Of a DNA stretch of 64,000 nt, positions 48,908 through 59,300 are shown piece after piece. Both the position numbers and the translations under genes were made by a program. Position 1 is the first letter of the stretch; the number at the start of each line of letters is the position of its first letter. The DNA is from Scenedesmus sp. PABB004 (Eukaryota): NCBI GenBank assembly GCA_014905635.1, contig CM026547.1:3968001-4032000 (forward strand). Reading direction: 5' to 3'. The notes under the pieces are model-generated. The model searched no databases. It saw nothing but the letters and a program-made list of their open reading frames with translations, and was not told the origin of the DNA.

Positions 48908-51900
48908 CTACGTGCTGCCCCATCGCTGAGCCTCCTGCGCCTGCATGAGCGCCGCCGTGCGCTGCACCGACGCCTCGAGCAGCGCCAGGTCGTCGCGGAC
49001 GCGCTGCGCCGCGGCCACCGCCGCGCTGCGCTGAGGCCGGCCGAGCCCTGCCAGCGCCGCCGCCGTCGCGGCGGTGGCCGAGGGGCTGCCCGGCCGTGCG
49101 CGCTTGCTCGCAGCGGCGCCGCTGTGCCGCGCGCCGGCCGCAGCCGCCGGCCGCTTGCGGCCTGGCCCGGTGGCGCCGGCGCTGCCGCCACGGCTAGCCC
49201 TGGAGCTGCTCCCGCGCGGCGCGCCTCCGCTGGCCGCCGGCTGCGGCTCGCCTGGCCTGCCGCGCCGCCGCTCGCCGGCCGGGCCAGCCGCTGCTTCTGC
49301 TGCAGGCGCCACCGCTTCTTCAGCTGCTGCCCCTGGCTCTGGCTCCGGCTCCGACTCTGGCTCTGCTGACCCTGCCCCCGACCCTGCTGCTGCGCCTGCT
49401 GCCGCCCCGGCTGCCCCGGCTGCTGGCACGCCCAGGCCAGCAGCCTCCTGCTGCGCCGGCGCCGCTGCGCCGCCCGCCGCCTCCTCGTCGTCGCTGCTGG
49501 CGGCGTCGCTGCTGCCGGCGTCGCTGCTGCTGCGCGGCGGCGGGTTGGCCACGACCCAGGGCACCACGCCTTGCGCCGCGCACGCGGCCACCGCTGCGTC
49601 ATACTGCGCGTCCGCCACCGCGACCGTCGCGACCGCCACGGGCGCCGCGCCGGTCGCCGCGAGGCGCAGGCACCGCCCGAGCGCCGCCGCGAGGAGCGGC
49701 GAGACGGCGTTCCCGACCTGCGTGTACCGCGCGACCACGCCGAGCCGGCCGGGCCGCGCGCCGCGCCCCTCCGCGGCGAGGCCCACAAAGCAGTGATAGT
49801 CCGGGAAGCCCTGCGCCCCGCCGCGCGCGGGGTCGGCCCTCCGGCGGCGGCGCGGCCGCGCCGCGCGCGGCCTTCGTGCCTGCCACGCCCCGCCGGCGCG
49901 GCACGGCCCCGCCCCCGCCCGCACCTGCACGCGCGCCTCCTCGCGGACGGTCAGCGTGCGGTCCTGCTCGGGGTGCAGCGGCAGCGCGAGGCTGCGCGCC
50001 GGGGCGGCGGCGCCGGGCGGCGGCCGTGAGGCGGGCGGGCGGCGGGGCGGCGCGCGGCGCCGCGAGCCCGGCCGGCGGCGCGGCGGCGCGGCGGCGCGGC
50101 GGCTCGGGTGCCCCACCTCGTGACGGTGGTGTGGCGGTCGCCGAGGGCGATGCGGTTGAAGGTTTTGAGGCTGTTCAGGTTCTGCCCGTGCAGCTGGCCA
50201 TCCTGGCCGCTGATGCACCACCGCGGGCAGACCAGGTTGCCCGTCGGCAGCCAGAACGCGGCGCTCGGGCAGCCAGGCATCGCGCTGCCGCGCCAGTCGA
50301 GGAGGCCCGGGCCGCAGCGGTCCACCCGCATCGACTCCCTGCTGTGCGCGCCGCCGCCGCCCTGCGCGACCGTCCAGCCGCCGGGCAGGCGCGGCGGCAT
50401 GCCGCCGCCGGGGCAGGGCCGCAGCATCTCCACGCCCCGATAGAGGAAGTCCAGGCAGTCAACGCCCGCCTGCCGGGCCGGCCCGAGCGCGCGCCACGCC
50501 GCCAGGTTGGCCGCGACCTGGCGCCGGTGCCCCCACAGGGGAGCGGGGTACCGCGCCGCGTGCCACGCGCCGCTGCAGCACCGCCCTGCGCGCGCGCCGG
50601 GCGGCGGCGGCGCGCGTGGGCGGCCGGGCGGCGGCGGCGCGGGCGGGCACGCGCCAGCCAGCCGAGCGCCGCACCGTCCGCGTGTGTCACAACGCCGGGC
50701 ATGTGCCGGAAGCAGCCGCCCTTCACGTGAGGGACCACGCTCATGCGGCACAGGCAGTCCGCGTTGACCGGCAGCGGCAGGTGATCCCGCAGCGGCAGCG
50801 ACGCCGGCGCGGCCGCCGCCGCGCCGAGCGCGGCGAGGTGGCGCTGCGGGCGCGGGCGGGGCAGCGCGGCCTCGGCGCCCACGCGCGCCGCAGCCGGCGC
50901 GCTGCAGCCAGCCCAGCCAGGCCCGCGAGCGCACCTCGCCGAGCGCGTGCGCGGCGCTGATCATCTCTGCTTCGCGCAGCAGGTGCAGCAGCTCGTGGCG
51001 CTCTGGGTCGTCGCCGGCGACCGCGTCGACGTGCGCGTGCCAGCTCTGCGTGTCAAAGTGCTTGCTGCCGCCCGCGCGGCCGCGCGGCCCTGCGCCGCCC
51101 AGCACGCGGCGGCGGCAGCAGCGGCGAGTGAGTGGGTGGCCGAGGCCGACTGCCGGCCTCGGCACGGCGCGCGCTGCCGCCGCGCGCGCGGCGCGGCGCG
51201 CGCGCCCACCTGGTGCGCCGCCGCTGCTGCGCTCCTCCTCGCTGGCCTCCGCGCCCGCGCCCGAGTCGTCCCATTCCGCGCTCGTGCTGCCCGAGCCGTC
51301 CGAGTCGCTCGCGCAGTCCGATGAGCTCGCGGCGTCTGTCGGCTCGTCCGATGACTCCTTGGCAGGGCTCGGCCCTGCCGAGCCCGTCCCCGCGCCCTCC
51401 TCCTCCTCCTCCTCCTCCTCCTCCTCCTCCTCCTCGTCCTCCTCCTCCTCTGACACCTCTGACTCGCCGCCCTCGCGCGCGCCGCCGTTGCGGAGCGCCA
51501 TGCCGCGGTGGCGCAGCAGCTGGCACCCCAGCGCCAGCGCGGTGCACGGGCTGCGCTCCGCCAGCAGCCCCGGCGCGGCTCGCAAGAGCCCGCGGCACGG
51601 CGCCTGCGCCGCGTCGGCCCACAGCGCGCGCAGCTCCGCAGGCCGGCTGCCCGGAGGCGGCGGCCGGCGCACCAGGGCCTGGGCGGGCGTTTGGGGCGGG
51701 ACCGCGTAGCCGGCGCGCCCTCCCTGCCCGCCGCGCGCGGGCGCGGGAGCGGCGGGCGCGGCGCCGTTGGCGGGCGGCCGCGCCGTGGCCAGCCGCAGCG
51801 CACGTTGGCAGACCCGAGCCGCGCACCTCTTCCAAGCTGCTGCAGGGCGCCAGGTCGGTCAGCATGTCGCCGACGACCACGGGCGCGTGCAGGTCCGGCC

Positions 51901-51910
51901 GCGCCTGCGA

Positions 51911-51989
<79 letters not shown>

Positions 51990-54537
51990 TCGGCTGCAGG
52001 CGCCGCGGGCACGGGACCGGGCAGGCCGCGCGAGACCCGCTGGCGCGCAGGCGCGGCGGCGCCGCGCACGTTCGGGGCGTGCTCCACCATGCACCACTCG
52101 GCCGTGCCCTTGACGCGGGGCGGCTGCCCGTTGGCGTGCGTGGGGAGGGGCAGGGGCGGGAGCTGCTCGCGCCCCGACAGGGCGCCCACGAAGATTGCGC
52201 GGTTGCGATCCTGCGAACCACAGCGCGCAGCGCGTGCGCGGCGCCAGCGCAGCGTGGGCGCGGCGGCGTGGGCGCGCGGCGGGCGCGGCACCGGCAGCCG
52301 CCACGCCGCGCCCCGCCCGAGGCGTTGGCGGCGGCGGCGGCGCGCGCGCGCCTGGGGCGAGCCGTAGTCGGCGGCCACGCACGTGCCGACGCGCGCCTGG
52401 TAGCCCAGCCGCACCTGGCGCGCGCGCGAGTGCCGGACGGGGCGGTGAGCAGGCGGGCGGGCGCGCGCGCGCGCGCGGGCGGGCGCGGCACACTGGCAAG
52501 CCGTCCCTGCACACGTGCCCGCGCGGGCCAGTGCGCCCTGAACCACAAACACGCCCACCCACCATGGTCATCAGGGCGTAGCGTGCATAGATGCCAGCCT
52601 CCTTGGCAAAGACGGCCATCACCTGCGCAACGTGCCGCGCGCGCGGGCGGCAGGCACGAGGCTGGCGGCGCGGGCACGCCGCGGCGCGGAGGCGCGGGGC
52701 CGCGCGGGCCCCCCAGCGCCTGCGGCGCGCGTGCGTGACGGCGCGCGTGACTGCGTGAGAGGCATGGCTGCGCACCTGCTCCATGACCAGGAAGCGCGGC
52801 GCGTAGTGGCGGGTGAGGGCCATGAAGCTCGTCACCTGGGGCATAGGGGTTTAGGGGGTTGGACTCAGGGTTTGGGGTCAGCCAGGCCTTAAGCCTAACT
52901 CCAGACCCGCGCTCCCCCCCCCCGCTCACCAGGCGGTTGCGCGGGTCCGACAGCACGGCGTGCCACTTCGCGTGCCGGTTGAGGCCGCTGATGCCCTGAG
53001 GCGGGGGGCAGGCCGCGGGCGTCGTGAGGCGCGCCGCGGGCGTCGGCGGCGCTGGGCGCCGAGGGAGGGGAGGTCGCGGCGGCGCGGCCACCGCCTCGGC
53101 CCGGCGCGCGCGCGGACACCTGGCAGGGCGGCCCGCCGGTGAGGAGCTGGACGTCGCCCGGCAGCGGGATGGTCTTGTCGGCCAGCATCGTCAGCATGAA
53201 CCGCCGCAGCGCCGCCACCGCGTCCGCGCAGCCGAGCAGCATGCCGCCGTGCTCCCACGCCCAGCCGCCCGCGGCGGCGCCCGCCTCGCCGCCGCCGCCG
53301 CCGTCGCTGTCGCTGCCCTCGTCGTCGTCGTCGCTGCTGCTGCCGCCGTCCTCGTCGCTCCCGCCGTCGCCGTCGCCGCGGGTCGACGCGGCGCGCTGCG
53401 TGCCGCGGCCGGCCTGTGGCGCGCGGCGGACCTCGTACTCCAGCCACGCCTCCCAGCCCTGCAGCGCGCCGTGCACCTGGTGGCGCCCGCTGCCGCTCTG
53501 CACGCGCGCCGCGCAGTCGGCAACGCGCACGTCGCGCACGCCCAGCACCTGGCGGTGCGGCGTTGCGGGGCGGGGTCGGCCGCCGCGCCAGTGGCAGGCC
53601 CGCGCGGGCGCGCGCCCGCCCAGCAGCCGCCGCGCGCGCTGGCAGGCACGCCACCGCCGCCGCACCTTGCCCAGGCGGCGCGTGCGGATGCGCTCGAGGC
53701 ACTCAGTGATGCGGTGCTGCTGCTCTGCAATGGCACGCTCGAACACGCCCAGCCTGCTCGCCTGCTGCGCACCGCCCCGCCGCCTGCGCGGCTGCCGCGC
53801 CGCCTCGTCGCGCTCCTGCGCGGCCGCCGCCTCGTCACCGCTGTCATCAGACTGCTGCGCCGCGCCGCCGTCCGCGGCAGCGTCCGGGTCGCGCTCCGCG
53901 CCCGGCCGCTGGCGGCGCAGCCGCCGGAGGAAGCGCTCGCCGCTCTCGGCGGGCCCGCCGCCGCGCAGCAGGCCCGGCAGCGACTCCACCGGCGCCAGCG
54001 CCGCCGCGAGCCCCTCCCAGTCCCACCGCTGCTCCTGCTCCTGCTCCTGCTCCCCCGCGCCAGCGTCGCCAACGTCGCCGCCGGCGCCCCGCGCCGCCTG
54101 GCGCGCCGCGTGCTCCGCCAGCGCCGCGTCGCCGCGCGCCGCGGCCGCGATGAAGGCGTCCGCGGGCGAGTGGCTCGCCCCGACCGCCACGCTCACGCAG
54201 CCCACGCCGCGCGGCAGGTGCCGCCGGCTGTGCGCGTGGCTCGGGCCGCGCGCGGCGCACACGAGCGCGCCCGGGCCGCGCGCGAGGTGCGCGCGCCAGC
54301 CGGCGCCGAGGCAGGCGTCCAGGTCGTCGTGCCATTTGGTCGTCAGCTGCACAAACTCTTCGAGGCCCATGCAGAACACGTGGGCGTCCGCGTGGTTGCA
54401 CAGGTACGTGGCCGCGGCCGAGGGGTTGATGTCGAGCGCCCACGCCGCGCGGATCGCCGCGCCGCCGCCCTCGCCGCACACGAAGCTCAGCCCGCCCGCG
54501 CCGCAGAACGACTCGAGCGCGTGCAGCACGCGCACGC

Positions 54538-54568
<31 letters not shown>

Positions 54569-56092
54569 GCGGCGCAGCTGCCGGCCGCCCGCGCCGCGCG
54601 CGAGGCTGGCAAACCTCGGGTGCTCCGCCTTGAGCCGCCGCACGCCGGGCAGGCCCTCCGCAGCGAGCAGCGCCCGGTAGAGGCGGCTGAAGGGCGACCA
54701 GTCCTCGTAGCAGTCCTCAAACGTGAGGAACTCACGCACCTGTGTGCGGCGGCGCGCGCCCGCGCCGCGGCCGGCGCGTCGGCCGCCGCCGCGCTGCGCG
54801 TGCGAGCGCACGGCAGCGACCAGCCGAGACAGCCGAGCCGGGGCAGTCCCCGAGGAGGCTCGCAGCGTTGCTGAACTCATTATGCAGCTTCACCGTGAAC
54901 TCATGAACTCGTGAACTCGTGAACTCACCGTGAATTGGTTGTAGAAAAAGTCACGCTCCGCGTCCCACCGCCCCGCAAGCTCCGGGACCTGACCCGGGTC
55001 GGACACGCCCGGCGGGATGTGCCACACGCGCACCGGCCTGCGCGGGCGCGGCACGCGCAGCGCGGGCGGCGCGCCGGCGCTCGCGCCACCGCGCACGGCG
55101 CCGCGGGCGCGCCGGCCCGAGCGCCGCGGGGCCCACACACAGCTGGCGCCGGCGGCGGCCGCACCGGTCGATGGCCTCCAGCGGGTACACGTGCTCATAC
55201 CGCTCGTTGTCGGCGTCGCTCCCGCACAGCCACAGCCGGCGCGGGTGGCTCGCGTGCCCGTCGACGGGCAAGCGCCGCTGCCGCGCGAGCCGCGGCGGCG
55301 CGCCGCGGGCGCGCCGCGCCGCCGGGCCGCCGCCGCCGGCGCCGCCGCCGCCGCCACCGCCGCCGCCGGCGGCGGGCGCGGCGGCGGGCGCGGCGACGGG
55401 CGCGGCGACGGGCGTGTCGACGTCACGGTACATCCAGTGCAGCCGCACGAGGCGCGCGCCCTGGGTGCTCACAAAGCTCTCGGTCACGCGGCCCACGTAC
55501 TCCTCAACCGCCACGCCGCTGCCGCCGGCGCTGACCTCCTCCCGGATGACCACGCAGTCGCCCAGCCGCACCTGGGCGGGGCACGCGCCCGGGCGCGGTG
55601 TCGCGCGGGCGCGCGCGGCGGAGCACGCGCGCCGCCAGGCTGTAGCGCCGCGCCGCACCTCCCAGCGCTCGCCGGCGTCGTCGTCGGTCATCGACAGGCC
55701 CCCATAGTTGAACAGCGCCACGTGCGCGGCGCGCACGTGCGGCTGCGGCGGCGGCGGCGGCCCATCCGCCGCGGTGTCGCGCCCAGGACGAGGGCGGGCG
55801 CCTCGCCCGGCCGCGACCGCGCCGCGCGCACCTCGGCGGGCGCGGGCCTCTTGCGCGCGAGGCGAAGCGCCTTGGCGGAGGCCATGTTGCGCTGGAAGAA
55901 GCCTCGCTCGGACGGCCAGTGGGTCAGGACGTCCTCCCGCGGCAGCGGCGCGCCGAGGTGCGTCCAGCAGCCGTCGGCGCTCGGCGCCGCCGCCTCTGCC
56001 TCCAGCTGCACCAGCTCTGCCACAAGCTCGTCGTCCAGCTCTGCGTCCTGCGCCCACGCGCGCGGATCAAAGCCGGTGCCGCCTGGCGGCAT
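48908..56092 (-). CDS. Chromomethylase-like DNA (cytosine-5) methyltransferase: BAH domain plus C5-MTase with a degenerate embedded chromodomain
   Basis: CMT-type N-terminal motif LGAPLPREDVLTHWP. BAH domain VRLGDCVVI..YVGRVTE..LHWMYR..DFFY. Motif I ESFCGAGG; motif IV IPLPGDVQLLTGGPPCQ|GISGLNR; motif VI VMEQ|V; motif VIII AADYGSPQ|DRNRAI. Also LRDHLPL, KGGCFRHMPGV, LHPEQDRTLTVREEARVQ|GFPDY and motif X YTQVGNAV. Confidence 0.9.
51911..51989. repeat. (GGC)~26 trinucleotide tract just upstream of a splice acceptor of the methyltransferase gene
   Basis: Near-perfect cgg run with one GGT interruption. Confidence 0.9.
52844..52877 (+). repeat. Degenerate telomere-like (TTTAGGG) tract in an intron
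   Basis: taggggtttagggggttggactcagggtttgggg; one perfect TTTAGGG at 52850-52856. Confidence 0.45.
54872..54935. repeat. 8-bp tandem repeat (GTGAACTC/ATGAACTC) at an exon-intron junction
   Basis: caccgtgaactcatgaactcgtgaactcgtgaactcaccgtgaa, plus one more tgaactcat at 54872. Confidence 0.85.
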
Positions 56093-56398
56093 GGCGGCGC
56101 GCAAGCCGACGGCGCCGACAGCTGCGGTCCGGCCCCTGGTCTATGATGACCGCAGCGGCCGCGGAGAGTTCCAGATCGCGACGAAGGCCATCGTCGGCCG
56201 CCTGGCGCGCTGCTAAGCGCGCTGCTGGCGGGCGCGGCCGCTGCTGCTGGCTGCTGCTGCTGCCGGCGGCGTGTCGCGCAGTCCTGCTCCTGCCCGGGCG
56301 CTCCCAGAGCGTGGCTGCAGCTGCACGGGACCGGTTGGGCTCGAGGCGCGCCCTGAACAAGCACCCGTCGCGGGTCACAGAGCCGCCGTCGCGGGTCG

Positions 56399-59300
56399 TC
56401 ACCCGAGGTGCTCGTACCCGCCGCGCGGGCTGTCAAAGCCGCGGCCCTGCGCGACCGCGATGCACACGGCGGCCATCGCGAGCAGCGGGAGCGCGACGAG
56501 CCACTTGAGGAGCTTGTGGAAGTGCATGTGGAAGGAGACGACGAACTCGTCCTCAAAGTGCAGCCCGTGGCGCGTGGTGACGTCGAGGTGCACCGCCGCG
56601 GTCGTGCGCGTGCGCGGGCAGGGCACCGCCAGCACCGCCTTGCCCGGCGCGTCGAGGACGTCGCTCACGCCGATGACGGGCGTGTCGCCCGCGTTCATCT
56701 CCGCCACGCCGACGCCCTTGAGCACGACGCTCACGTTGTAGGGCCCCCGCGCCGGGTCGTCCACGCGCACGCCGTGCCGCACCACCGCGCGCTGGTCCCA
56801 CAGCTCCACCTGGACCTGCGCGGCGACGGCCCCCCGGCGGCGACGGGGCGCGTCCGCGGCAGCGCGCGCGGCGGCAGCGCGCGCGGCGGCGGCGCGCCCA
56901 GCGCTCGCGCGCGACCAGCCCCCCGGCGGCCCGCGCGCCGCGCCGCGCTGCGCCGCGCCTGCAGCGTCTGGCCCGCGACGTCGCGCAGCATGCGGCCCGA
57001 GGGCGTGGCTGTGAAGCCAAAGTAGCCCCAGCGCGCGACCATGCCGTTGATGCCCTGAACCTGCGCGCGCGCGGGGTTGTGGGCGCGGCGCCGGGCGGCT
57101 GGTCAGGGCGCGGCGGGGCGGCAGGGCCCCGCGCGCGCGGCGGCAGGGCCCCGCGGCCGCCCTGCGCCGGCTGACACAGGCACACACACTCAGGCACAGG
57201 CCCACACACACGCGCACGCAGCGCCCCGCGCCGCGCCGCGCGCTGCCCTCTCAACCCCGCCGCGGCGCGGCGCCGCGCCTGCGCGGTCCAGGTCTTTGCC
57301 GCGTGGTAGGGCGTGTTTGTGGCGAGGGCGTAGACGTTGCCGTTCATCGTCGCCACGAGCAGCGAGAGCGTGCCGTCGCCGACGAGGTCGTCGACCAGCA
57401 CCGCGGCGTACGAGGCCTCCCCGATGTCCACGCTGTGCGCGCAGGCCGAGGCGCCATCGATAAGGTAGAGGAAGCCATCAAAGCTCATGACCAGCACGTG
57501 CTGGTGCACCGCGCCGCCGCCGGCGAGCTGCGTGATCGTCGGCGGCGCCTGCGGCGCGGCGCGGGGGAGGGCGGGGCGGGGTGGGGCGGGGTCGGCGCCC
57601 AAAGCTGACGCGGCCGACGCCGACGCCGCGCCGCGGGTGCGCGCCGGCTGCGGCGCGGCGTGCCTGGATGCGGCCGCCCGTCTGGAAGGGGAAGCCTGGC
57701 AGCGGAGACCCGTCGGCGCCGCGCAGCGCGTGCAGGCGGCCGTCGGCGGTGCCAAACACAACCTCCAGCAGCCCGTCGCCGTCGATGTCGCCGCCCACGC
57801 CGCCCTGGTGCGCGCGCGGCGCGGCGCGGGCGGCGGCGCGCAGCGGAGGGTCGGTGTGGCGGCGAGCGCGGCAGGGCGGCGGCCGCAGCCGCGCGGCCAG
57901 CCCCGGCCGGCGCGGCGCCGCGCGCGCGCCTGTGTGATCATGGACGCGACGTGGCGCTCCCACACCTCCTTGCCGTGGATATCCAGCAGCACCGCGTTGC
58001 CCAGCGAGTCGCCTGCGGGCCGGCCGCGCAGCGTGCGGGCGGGGGGTGAGCGCGCCCCGGCGAGCGGCGGCGAGCGGCGGCCCGAGCAGGGGGCGCGGCG
58101 CGCGCGCGGCACCCGGCCGCGCGGCGCCGCCGGGCGCGGCGCGCGGCGTGCGGGCGCGCACCCACGAACAGCTCGAGCTCGCCGTCGGCGTTGAGGTCAG
58201 CCACGAGCACCTGGCCCTGCACCTCGCCCATCTGGATAGGCCACCCGGGCCGCGCGTTGCCCTGCGGCGCGGCGCGGGCGCGGGCGCGAGCGCCGGCCGG
58301 GCGGCGTCGCGGCTGCCCTCCCGCGCGCGCCAGCTGCGCGCCGAGCAGGGCCTGCCGCCCGCCGCCCGCCGCCCGCCGCCCGCCGCCCGCCGCCCGCCGC
58401 CCGCCGCCCGCCGCCCGCCGCCCGCCGCCCGCCGCCCGCCGCCCGCCGCCCGCCGCCCACCGCCCGCCGCCCGCCGCCCGCCGCCGCAGCGATCGCGCGC
58501 GCGCGCACCTTGTGGTCCAGCACGTACACAAAGCCCACGCTCGTGCCGACCACGATTTCGAGCCGCCCGTCGGCGTCGAGGTCGGCGACGGTGGGGCTGC
58601 TGAACATGTGGGCCGTAAACTTGGTGGTCGCGGTGGTGAGGTCGAGGTGCTGCTGCCACTTGACGACGCGGTGGCGCAGGTCAAAGACGACGACGCCGCC
58701 TGCCGGGGGGGGGGGGAGCGAGGCAGGGGCGAGGGAGGGAGGGGCGATGGCAGCGCGAGCGCGAGCGGCGTGGGCGGCAGGCAGCCGAGGGCGCGCGCGC
58801 GTGGCGGCGGCAGGGGGGCGCGCCCACGCGACGGTGCGACACGTGCACACAAACACGCGCACGCACGCATGCCGCGCCCGGCGCGCGGCTCAGTCTCATA
58901 GCAGCGGTTTGTGCATCACCGTGCGGGGGCCCGACACGCAAGCGGGCGCCCCTCAGAGCCCTTGCGCAAATGTGCTGCTCATCCCTGCCGCGGGGCACGG
59001 GCGGCGGCGGCACGCACACACAGCACAGCGCACACAGCACAGCGCACGCAGCACAGCGCAGCGCACAGCACAGCACGCGGCGTGGCTCAATGTGTCCTTC
59101 GAGGCTTGCGTCAGCATCCGGCGCCCCCACGCACTTTGGGGCGCCCTCTGCCAGCTGGCACGTTTCGGGCGTGCTGCAGCCGGTTCTCATCACCGCCACG
59201 CGCGCGCTCTCTCGCCCCCCGCGCACGCACAGCAGCCGCGGCGCCCCCAAACACACGCACGCGCGCGCGCGCCCGCGCGCCAGTGCCGCCCGCCGCGCGC

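Noticed and set aside
6261..56092. SNF2 remodeller and methyltransferase as a functional chromatin gene cluster
   Set aside because: They are separated by ~37 kb of unrelated housekeeping genes, so co-location is unremarkable.
54872..58484. Short tandem arrays as CRISPR-like repeats
   Set aside because: No unique spacers, eukaryotic intronic context and no cas genes.
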